Assembly: GCA_044892525.1 (NCBI GenBank)
Contig: CM097885.1
Location: forward strand, 18,726,001 to 18,790,000
DNA from: Schmidtea polychroa
Taxonomy: Eukaryota
Length of the DNA: 64,000 nucleotides
Direction: 5' to 3'
Notes under the pieces: generated by a model
Seen by the model: the letters and a program-made list of their open reading frames with translations, nothing else
The model's database searches: none
What the model was told of the DNA's origin: nothing
Translations under genes and position numbers: made by a program
Part shown: piece by piece, positions 50,204 through 61,107 of the stretch
Numbering within the stretch: the first letter of the stretch is position 1
Layout: the number at the start of each line of letters is the position of its first letter

Positions 50204-53200
50204 TTAATAATAATTATAATAATAATTAAACATTTACCAACAATCGGTTACTAAATATTTTTAACTAGGTGCTAACAAATAAGTACCAAATACTTACAAC
50301 TAGATACCAAGTACTAACTAACTCTCAAACAACCACATACTTACAACTAACTACTTACAATCAACTAAATATTCTTTATTATATTTTATGAAATGTATTT
50401 TTTAAAATTAATTTTTTATCTATATTCAAAAATATATTTAATTACAATCAGTAGAAAAACCTTTTCAAAATGTCTAAATTTAGCAAAAATGTTGATTTTC
50501 ATCAAAAAACCACAACTCAACCACTTTAAAACACCACGTGAAATTCAAAATAATTTAAATTACAATGAAAGACTAATGAATTCTAATTTACAAAACATTC
50601 TTCTTTTAAATGATAACTACTGAATTATTATGACAAAGTAAAAATCACATTCAATAAATACTTATTGTTGATCAGTTTTATTATATATACTCTGAGTTTA
50701 TCCGACAGGATGTTTTGACCCCCCTAAGGGTACAGGTCGTAAGGGTATTAGTCGTAAGGTTGCTGGTCGTAAGGATATTGTTAACTCTCAACCCCCACCT
50801 ACCCATTAACTACCTAACAAGTACTAACAACCAAGTCTCAAACAACTAAATACTAAACACTTACAATCAACTAACAACCAGGTACTAAGCATTATCAACC
50901 TACAACTATATAACAACAATCAGTAAACAACACTGTACCAACTACCAAATACAAGATACCAACAACTTAGTACCAACAATCAACTAACAACACATAAAAA
51001 TAATAGCAATTAAATACAAAATATTCTTCATCACATACAATATCTTCTTATCAAAATCTAAAAAGTCGACCAACTACTTACAACCAACAACTATGTACTA
51101 ACAAATTAATCTTTAAAAGAAAAATACTCATCACTTGAAAATTAGATGGAAAATTAATTGAACTCAAGGCATCAATAACTAGGTAAAAATTGATTAAATT
51201 ATTGTAAAAATTTAAATTATTCAAAATATACCAAATAATTATTATAAAAATTAAATTAATGGACAAGAAAAAATTCTAGTCATTAATCATCCAGTAAATA
51301 AAAAAAAATATTGATCATTCAAGTTAATATGAATCAACTAAGATAATAAATTAATAAAAATTTTGAAATAAGATCTAGTAGATAATTGATTTAGATTGAA
51401 TAAATTAATTGAAATAAAATTAATTTTAAGTATTTTTTTTAAAAGTACTCAAATTGATTGACTTATTTCTCAATATATTCAAAAAATCAGTATAAATTCA
51501 TTACAATTATCAAAGTCAGCAATCTACAATAAAAATAATTATCATTAAATTCCAAAAGAGACTAGATAGCTAATGATAACATCTAACAAACCAGTATTCA
51601 AAAGATTCCCATCGAAACCCTTCCCTCATTAAAAGCAACCGACTATATCTTTCTTAAAATGAAATATTTCCCATATTAACCGACTATATCCCTTTAAAAA
51701 TCATATATTCCCATCTTAACCCATCCCTCATTAAATTTAACCGACAATATCCCATCTTATCCGATCTCTCAGCAAATAATTCTACCCTTTTAAACATCTA
51801 TCCGATTATATCCCTTATTTTCCCTAAAGATTTCACCCACTTGAGCCCTTTAATATATATCAATCCTCTTAAAAACCTCAGAGAACTTCAAAAATATGAC
51901 TTTTAATTAATTGTTATAAAACCAGACAAATAGTAAGAGCCCATTAAAAGATCAAAATTCACTAAATTTTCTACAAATATTTACCATCAAATAAAAATAC
52001 ATCCAATTATCAAGAAATTAATTAAATTTATCTTAGAATTAGCATTAAATTATTAAATATTCATTCAATAAACATGAAATTTGCAAAAATGTTAGAAATC
52101 CACAAAAATAATAGAAATTTACAAAAATCAAAGAAATTCACAAAAATGATAAAAATTCATGAAAATGATAGATATCTACAAAAAATTAAGGAAATCCGCA
52201 AAAATAATAGAAATTCACAAAAATGATGGAAATTAATGAAAATGATAGAAATTCATAAAAATGATAGAAATTCATAAAAATGATAGAAATTTACTTGAAT
52301 AAAACCATCAACTTTAAAAATTATCAATACCTTAAACATCAAATTTGCCTAAATAATCATTCAAATAAAAGCATTAAATGATCAGTACCCTTGCGACATG
52401 TTGAATGTGAGTAGTACCCTTGTGAGCAATACCCATAGGGGGACAGAATATTTTGTCGGATAAACTCAGAGTATATATTAATTAACTCATTCAAATTTAT
52501 CATTGAATTAGTCAAATTATCGTAAATTTCGATAAAAAATCTAAAGTGGTAAGCAATGTAAAGAGAAATATTCTTTAAACTTTGATAGGACCAAGGAGAC
52601 ACCCTCACTATAGTCAGAATAATCCATGCTTTTTTATTGAAGACCGCCTTTTTCTATTGAAATTCTCAGGACCAAGGAGACCCACCTCACTATAGTCTGA
52701 AAAATCCTTGGCTTTTTTAGTGTAGACCACCTTTTTCTATTGAAGTTCTCAAGACCAAGGAGACCAACCTCACTATAGTGCGAAAAATTCCATACTTTTT
52801 TAGTGGTAGTCGGATTTTTGTATTGAAATTCTCAGGACCAAGGAGACCCCCTCACTATAGTGTGAAAATTCTATGCTTTTTTAGTGGTAGTCGGACTTTT
52901 GTATAGAAAAAAATTTTTTTGTATTGAAAATCCCAGGACCATCGAGACCCCCTCACTATAGTCTGAAAATTCCATGCTTTTTTAGTGGTAGTCGGATTTT
53001 TGTATTGAAAAAAATTTTTTTTGTATTGAAAATCCCAGGACCATCGAGACCCTCTCACTATAGTGTGGAACAATTGCGTAATAAAAAAGTTGCCGCAAAA
53101 AAAAAGTTGCCGCAGGGGGGTTTGCGGCAGTGGGCTCCTAACTACCTACTAGTCACTGCCACAGAAATTTACTATAAAAGCGAGAAGCAAAATTCATTTA

Positions 53201-53616
53201 GCAGAAACATTTGTTCAAGCAATTTTGCTTAGAATAAAATATCAAATTCAAAGAGAGATTAAAAGCTATAAAGCTTCTTGGTGAATTGATCACAGAAAAG
53301 GGAATCCAACCAATATTTTGAACCGTGAAGTTATTTGAATATATTTAATTTTCAATAAAAAATTTAATTGCACAACCCGGCCACAAGAACCAGCATTTCT
53401 GCCTATCCTACTCGTTGGAGATTAAATTTTCAGAGGGTTTAGTATAGGTAACGCTAGATCAAACTTGATCTAGTCGATCGCGCAAACTTCGGGAAATCCC
53501 TCCTTCTTGTCCCAAACTTTAAATACAGTGCTATGAGCAATTAGAGGGGATTCTGTAGGGACTCAGAACATTACTACCAGTGGTCTCAAGAAGTAATTTA
53601 TTTTATAATCTATATT

Positions 53617-53822
53617 GGTGGGTTACTGGTGGTCGAGTGTTTAAGTGCTGTTACCAGCGTAACCCAGGATACAACATTATTTTTCCGCTTGGTACCCGTT
53701 GAGTAATCAACGTTGGTACTGTACCAAGGGGTGAGTACTCGCAAAAAGTGAGCGCATCAAGGCACTATAATTGTCGAGTACTCTATGGGTTCACGGACTA
53801 CCGTTAGAAGGTGTGTGTCCGA
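53617..53822 (-). ncRNA. Putative structured non-coding element, copy A
   Basis: Stems GAGTACTCG/CGAGTACTC; GTACC-AA-CGTTGA(ttac)TCAACG-GGTAC; TGGGTTA..CTGGT/ACCAG-TAACCCA; motifs shared with 59984-60250. Confidence 0.55.
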
Positions 53823-54010
53823 TTTATCAGGTCCCTTATCAAAATTGTTTTCCCAACCTTACGCACAAACTCTCACTTCTCAGGCAATCACAAAAGGTAT
53901 TGGATATTATTTTAATATTACAAAATCTGTGTTATTTTAATGCTACAACAAGGTACAAGACACACTACCAAATGTACACAAAACAACATCTCGTAACAGT
54001 TCAGATCGGC

Positions 54011-54417
54011 TTATTGGCGGAGCCTGGCCTTTAGTTTCTTTAGTTTCTCCCGAATGTTCCGTCCAAGCCGCTTTCGTTTAGGCTTACTTTCAACTACTGG
54101 GGGATATATTGTTGCGAGCTCCACGGCCAGTGGCCGTATTTGTCTTGCCACGGGCTCCTGCACCAACTGCTCATTTCGCGCAGTTTCGAGCGCCCGCACC
54201 TGTAGTTTCAGGGCGCGGATCTCCATTTGGTCTTGTGCGGCCTGTGCCTGCAGCTGGAGGATCTGGGTTGTTTTCTTCTTCATTGCTTCGGGACTAAACC
54301 AGGTCCCCTCAAACTCCCGACATTTTCCTTTCAACTTGTCCACCCGGATTCGGAGTTCATCGGTTTGCTGCTGGGCCTGCTCACGATCCTTGCGTAGGTT
54401 CTCCATCAATTTATACA
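54011..54417 (-). CDS. Unknown coiled-coil protein exon, 'TWFSP' family, basic NLS-like C-terminus
   Basis: Open frame KCREFEGTWFSPEAMKK...SKPKRKRLGRNIREKLKK; preceded by ctaat + polypyrimidine + AG|TG acceptor; GC-rich island. Confidence 0.72.
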
Positions 54418-54694
54418 CTAAAAAGAGAGAAAAAAAATTAGTTTCCATTACATCCAAAAAGAAAGTTAAAACCAATGACTAGTAAAATTAATGAATCGAT
54501 ATTAGCATTTCTACTGAGGTATCTTCATACTCTTCCATCTATCAAGTAATGCACAGAACAAAAGAAAACACTTTATTCGAGAATAAACACCCGACGTCTA
54601 TTGGTATACAAAACGAAATTAAATTAAACACAACGACTGCTAATAGTTCATTCATATAAACGTGAGTTGTCTAAGTTAAATGAATTGTCCACAA

Positions 54695-55060
54695 TCACAA
54701 TGGTTGCTTGCGGGGCCTCCCCCTCTTCCGCGGAGTTACCTCGGCATTTTCGAGCTCCTCTAGGGATACCCCTTCTCTCTGGACCCGAAGTTGCAGTTCC
54801 AATCTCTTCAGCCGGCTCTGAGCGATTTCCACATCAACGGCCGCTTGATCTCTGGCCTCTCGGAGTGCGTTGTTCTCCGGCTCCGTCTTCACCCATGCCG
54901 GGGCATCCGGTTCTGGACCACTTCTGATAACTGGACCAAAGTTGTCAAGGTCCAATCCACGATTCCAGTCATGGATGCGGTACCAAATATACCGCGTACG
55001 GAGCCGGGTAATCATTTGTCGGTGGTTCTCTTCATCGCTGGAGTTACTTGATTGTGACAT
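54695..55060 (-). CDS. 121-aa unknown protein with C-terminal AT-hook (KRGRPRK)
   Basis: Intact ATG-stop ORF; canonical AT-hook core; paralog at 33161-33452. Confidence 0.75.
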   Translation of the reverse strand: MSQSSNSSDEENHRQMITRLRTRYIWYRIHDWNRGLDLDNFGPVIRSGPEPDAPAWVKTEPENNALREARDQAAVDVEIAQSRLKRLELQLRVQREGVSLEELENAEVTPRKRGRPRKQPL

Positions 55061-56099
55061 ATCTATGATTATCCAAAATATAAGACTGTTGATTATTACA
55101 TAGAAAAAAAATTGTTGAAACTCTAGGCTTAAGATTAAATTTCTACTAGCAATCCATAGCCAGGGAGTTCACCTAAGGGACTTTACTACAACATCTATCT
55201 TATCAAAGGCATAACCCGTTGATACCTGCCTCAGTGGTGACTTAGCCGACAACAGTCAAACAGAACAGACAACCCCCAGAGAAAAAATCTAAAATTTTGT
55301 ATTTTCGTCTGCGGTTTATTTATATTCATTATAATATTCGACCTGACGACGTAGTTTCTTCTTAAAATTGGAATTAAGAAGCAAATTCGATTGTTTTAAT
55401 GGTTCAAAACCATTAATTGATGGTTTACATTATAGTATACTATTTAAAATTTCTAAATTATCTAATTTAGATTTTTAATTTATTATTAACCCAATTGGCT
55501 TCAAAGAAAATCTTCGTCGACGGAGAGATTCGTTGTTGAATCGTATTCCAACGCCTCTTCGTCAGCGAAGCCGTTCATAATAGTCTAATCCGCTTTTTCA
55601 TATATTACTCCTCCTTCTTTAGCTTGTTCAGAATCTACTCCATCAACCACATTCCGTCGGAAATAATTGCTTTATCTGTGACTGGCTCCTCAGCATTACG
55701 GAAGATTTCGTTGTTGGTTGGTACGAAGAATGATCGATCTGAGAGATCTCCCTTCACGGTAGATTATTTTAAGATATGGTAACTCAGGTCTAGTTTAAAA
55801 TTTAACATTCTTTGTCAAGATTAGCAACAGTGATTATAATGATGGTATTTATGATTAATAATGATTATAGGGCACGAGTCCCAATATTAACTAGCATGCC
55901 AGGGTTCATGGCAATTCTACTTATAAAGCGCATTATGTAGTCCTACTTTGAATCACCTATTATAATTTTTAAAACCCAAACAAAAAATTTTTAGATATAC
56001 TTTGTGGATGGATAATTTCGAATTTTATTTTGATCCTAAGAATCAACTATGCTGTATGAGTAGGTGTTTATGGATTATGTTGCGGAGATTGGGAGTAGG

Positions 56100-57490
56100 T
56101 ATACTTTATATTTGTATGCTTATAAATTATGTTTTAGTAGATAATGATAATGGATGAGTATATCGTTATAGATTATATTTCCAACTTGAAATTAATAAAT
56201 TGTGTTCCTGAACATGAAAATAGTGGCAATTTCTGGTTATGTGTAAAATATATTTTAACTTGTTGTTCGTGCTTTGGAGTGGGGTGGTTACAAATTGTAC
56301 TTATACTTAATATATAGCCATGGTTTATAGTTGTATTTTAGAAAATTATAATCTTAACATTTCAACTTAATTATACTTTATAAATAGTTTAAATTCTTTA
56401 CACTTATAAGTTACGTTTTCAACTTGGAAGTTATTTGTATTTTATAGTGGGGAATTATACATTATATGTTGTACTTCATCTATGATCATAGTTTATAGTT
56501 ATATATAAATTATAATTTTAGCCTTAAACTTTAGTTATACTCTATAAATAGATTATAATCTTTACACTTATAAATTATGTTTTTAACTTGAAATTTATCT
56601 ACATTTCATAGTGGGGTGATCATAAATTAGATTTTCTATTTAATATATAGTTATTATAGTTATACATTTATAAATTAAAATTTTAACATTAAAATTTAAG
56701 TATACTTTAGGAATAAATTATATCTTTTACGCTTGATAAATAGTTATAGTATTAGTTATGGGCTTATAAATTTTATTTCAACTTAAGATTTAATTGTACT
56801 TTACGAATGGATTATATTTTATAATTATGATTTTATAAATTATATTTTTAACATCGAAATCCAATTACATTTCCTAATTAGAGGCCTATAACTATATTTC
56901 GAACTTCGAAATGATTATATTTTTGTAATTCTTGGGTTTAAAATTTATATTTCTATACTTAGTAAATAATTATAATTTATGATTATGGATTTGTAAGCCA
57001 TATTTCTACCATTAACGCTTAATTATACTCTATACTTAGATGCTTTATATTTATATTTCCACACTCAGGAATGACCATACTTCATAATTATGGGTCTAAA
57101 GATTATATTTTTACTCTCAATGAATAATTTTAGTTCCAATTACCAACTTGTATATTATATGTTTAACATCAAAGGTTTGGTTACACTTTACATTTACATG
57201 TATATAGATTACATTTCTAAATTCGAAAGTGATTATAATTATGAGATTATAAATTATATTTTTTACATCAAAGATTTAATTATACTCTATAATTAGAGGT
57301 TGGTAAATTATATTTTCGAACTTAAAAATGATTATATCTCATAATTAAAGGTTTATAAATTATACTTTTACGTTTAATAAATACTTATAGGTTATAATCG
57401 TGGATTTATCAATTATATTTTCAACACCAAGAATTTGGTAATACTCTATAGTTAGCCGTTTATAGATTACATTTCGGAATTTAAAAGGAG
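56100..57490. repeat. Degenerate AT-rich tandem array (tataaattatattt..aactt..aattatact motifs, ~40/80-bp period)
   Basis: Recurrent motifs by eye; period not measured. Confidence 0.6.
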
Positions 57491-58992
57491 TTATATACTA
57501 CAATTAGGGGTTGCTTCCATGGCCCCACTGTGACCACTTCCACAAACCTTAATGTTATGTGCTAAGTCAACCCTTTACGGCTGACCTTTAATAAATACAA
57601 AGAGTCAGACGGAGGTTTTCCTCGACCTAACTCCATGGCAGGACCATGAAGTAGTTCGACCTCCGAAGGACCCGAACAAAAAAGGGACGGTATAATAATA
57701 GATCGATATAATATTAATAATGCATGTCTGCATGTCCTATGAATTTAAATTTTAATAAATTGGATGCAGGACCGAACAACGACGCAGTAATACCAGTACG
57801 CCATTGAACATTCGTATATCATGGAAAAAATCAAAAGCAAGAGACATCAAAATATGCAATTACTTTAATTTTAACCTGAATAAATCATCACTACAATAAA
57901 AATGAAAAATAGATCCTCAGCCCAATAAAAATGAAAAAATAAATTATCAATATTATAAAAATGAAAAAATAAATCATCACTACTCACTATTTGTGTTGAC
58001 AAGATTTTTCTCAAAAATTGGCATAAAATGGTGATTGAATTATGCCCGAACTGTATACTGTGAACATAGCACCTGAAAATCCAACGTAGTGAGAAAACGC
58101 CAGATCGATTTTGATTTTCATGGAATAGGCAAACACAAGTGAACAGATTGTGGGTTCGAGTGTCAACACTACATGCAGATACATACCAACGATAACGTAA
58201 TAGTAAGCCCGTGACAGTTCTACACAAATCCATCGATGAGAAACCATTGGGTTATCTACTGCAAATCACCCGCAGTAGCACTCGCCAGGGAATCGTTCCA
58301 TATGCCATGCTCAACATTTTGTCATAATTTTCCGTTATCTGCCATAACAGTAGGTGAGTTCACCAGCCGATAATCTTGGGTTAGCAAAATCATCCCGTCA
58401 TACTAATATGTTAATTTCCGATTTCTGATACAATTCTCTGTAAATAATGGAGCTTGATGCATGCGACAGATAGTTAATAGCGTACGATCAAAAATCTTGA
58501 GTACACATTTTGGAATTACGGAATTTTAGCATTATAAGAGTTTATTATTAAAATTGATTAAATTTGTGAATTTGTTAAATTTTCATGTCTAATAATTGTC
58601 TAGAAAGGGTGAAAAGAGAGTTTACGAGACAAACCCGACTAATTTTCCTTCTAACTAACAAGTCTTTAAACATATTTGTAATGTTTCCGAGAAAATATTT
58701 AAATATTATTGTATTCACATAACAACAGGGCCTCTTTTTCGATAATAAATCACTATACCTAATGAGGCGATGCCCTATGTTACTGACCCGTTTTCTGTTA
58801 TTAAATTAGACAGAATGGTAAAGCTCGATTGTCTGGGGGGAATTTCTCTTGTCCGCCGACCTGTTTTTCTTTTCTTGTCTGAATAGTATAAGCAAATGGT
58901 ATGAAATTCGAGACAGTTAATGACTGGTTAATTCGAAATGATGGCTTTGTAAATCTAGTCTTCTTGTGATTATCTTTATTTCTTCTTTGCAG

Positions 58993-59605
58993 TTACCAGA
59001 TATGCTACCAGGTACAAAGACCACTCTCAGACCCTGCTTTTCTTGCGCAGACAAGAATGCTATAATCAAAGACCTACAAGCCCAGATCGGTCGATATAAG
59101 AGAAAGATCGACGAGTTGGAAGGTACATGGTTTAGCCCAGTACAGATGAAGGAGGTACAAAAGAAACTGTACCGTAGCGAACACTGTCGCGACGCTCTAA
59201 TCACGGAAAGCAGATCTCAACGCAGCCTAATAAAAGAGCAATCGGAGGCTCTCCACAAAGTCTATCTACAGGCAGCTACCACCCGAAAAATCGTCCGCAT
59301 CCCAATTCATGGAGCGGACAACTTCTTTCGATCCGTCACCTCCAGCCAAGAAGCCTTGTCGCGAGTGTGTGGAAGCCGACCTTTCATCCAAGCCTACTGA
59401 TGTGATCTTCACCGGAACCAGCAAGGTGTTGCCACCTATCGCGTCTACGCCTGCGGCGCAACCAAATACACTGCTTGCTTCAAAACCCAAGCGACGGCAA
59501 CTATCGAGAGCCGAGCGCAAGAAGAAACAACGAGAGCGAGTAGCTGCTAAGGAGAGAAAACAATCGGCAAATGCTCCTGTTAACGCAAACAGTCTGCCAC
59601 TATAA
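58993..59605 (+). pseudogene. Divergent 'TWFSP' family gene split over two overlapping frames
   Basis: Acceptor ttctttgcAG; KIDELEGTWFSPVQMK; second frame ends ASKPKRRQLSRAERKKKQRER, like the tail of 54011-54417. Confidence 0.65.
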
Positions 59606-59983
59606 TCGATTTGACGACAGGGATCCCAGGGCGTATCATCTCCGCTGCTGGCGTTACCTGGGATGAAAATGCGTCGGAATTTTTCGACTTGGAGGAACTT
59701 TTAGCCGACACCGAATGGGAAAAGTGATGACCCCTCGGCGGTGTGACAGTTTTGTTAGTGGACATCCGCAACGGGCTATTGATCTTTCGATGTCGTTGTA
59801 TACATCTTGTGTGTAAATCTGTTTTGTGTTTATTATCATCTAATAAATCATATTTTTATTCTCGAATAATTCCTTTGCGTGATGTTTTGATGTGAATTTC
59901 CTATAATTATATGATGAAACTCCTGAGACTCGATGATGTACTAAACCCTTGTATCCAGCTTAGACACGGCGAAAGTATTAGTT

Positions 59984-60250
59984 GGACGTAAGCCCTTCTA
60001 ACGGCAGTCGGGAGAAGGAAGTCGAGGCCTCAGAAAGGAGTAGTCCTAAGGCAGGGGCTCACCTGCTTTCTGGCGTCTCGCCGGCATAGTGCATTACCAA
60101 CGTGAAGTGATTCACGGGTACTATGTTGGAGTATAGATTGTGCAGGGTTCTACCCCGAGTTGACGAAAGAGTAAACGAGGTATGTGGAATGGGCAATCAT
60201 CCCTTAGACGAGAACGTAAAGTGGTTTAGGTCAACCGAGTAGTACCCCAG
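59984..60250 (+). ncRNA. Putative structured non-coding element, copy B
   Basis: CCTTCT/AGAAGG; CAGAAAG/CTTTCTG; CCGGCATAG..TACC-AA-CGTGAA(gtga)TTCACG-GGTA-CTATGTTGG; GTTGAC/GTCAAC. Confidence 0.55.
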
Positions 60251-60539
60251 CATTATAAATTCTTTATCATTTGGAGTAAATTTGTTTGAGGCAAAAATAA
60301 TTAAAGGAGTCATAATAGAAATATGGTTATCATTTAACCAATTAAGGGGCTTATTAGTTAGAAATATATAAAATAAAGTAACAATTATTTTCTAATTTAA
60401 TGAGATGATCATTGGGCGTAGTATATCTTTGCGAGAAATACATAGGTTAAGATGTTTGAGTAACCAAAACATGGATATTTTGTGCGATCAATTTATGAAT
60501 ATTGGTTAATTTAGTCATATAAAATAATAATAATAATAT

Positions 60540-60900
60540 AATAATGTAATTTAGGAAAATACCATTGAAAGATTTATCCATTCGATAACAATATTCCTTT
60601 AATAGATTAACTGATATTCAACCTATTTAATTTCTAGAAATCTAATTAAAATCATAAATTTCCTTCAATAAAGATCACTTTTCTTTATTTGTTTTAAGTC
60701 AATATTTCTCAAGTTTTGTCACTGATATCCACACAATGAATAAAATAACTTCTTAAATAAAATAATTTAAAGCAATAACTATTGATATCAATTAATTTTA
60801 AAGATTTCAAATATCTCATTGTCAAAACTAAGTAAATTGATCATTAACCATTAATAAAACAGTGGATAATTAATAAAAACTGGTTCTATAACATAAATTT
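60540..60900. repeat. Fragment homologous (reverse) to ~6920-7190 of the Maverick-like derivative
   Basis: aactgatattcaacc.atttaatttct..aatctaattaaaatca and aaatttcc..caataaagatca match the reverse complement of 7045-7130. Confidence 0.6.
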
Positions 60901-60916
60901 ATTTGCAATAATTTGC

Positions 60917-60967
<51 letters not shown>

Positions 60968-61107
60968 TCCCGCGCGTGTTACTTTGAAATAATACTTTGA
61001 AAGAAAATATTGAAAATTCAAAAAATAATAATAATAATATTAAAAATATTTATGCAAAGCATGTGCAATAATTTTTTATGTCTTTGTTAAATAAGTAAAC
61101 TTAAGTG

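Larger units (their letters stand above)
47399..53150. mobile_element. Non-autonomous Polinton/Maverick-like element, 5752 bp, no coding capacity
   Basis: Termini AGTAGGTAGTTAGG...CCTAACTACCTACT; 6-bp TSD AGTCAC (47393-47398 / 53151-53156); TIRs >500 bp (47399-~47980 / ~52620-53150) built of ~80-bp subrepeats. Confidence 0.85.

Noticed and set aside
52600..53065. T7-promoter-like CTCACTATAG and BsaI sites (GGTCTC) suggesting vector contamination
   Set aside because: The TAATACGA half is missing, the units are naturally diverged, they sit within TSD-bounded TIRs, and a decayed homolog exists at 15550-15760.
54054..55103. Plus-strand ORFs 54054, 54109, 54667, 54791 and 54870
   Set aside because: Antisense shadows of the GC-rich minus-strand genes, which are the frames conserved in paralogs.
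59905..59980. Hammerhead-like TGATGA...CGAAA
   Set aside because: No CUGAUGA core with properly paired stems I-III could be built.
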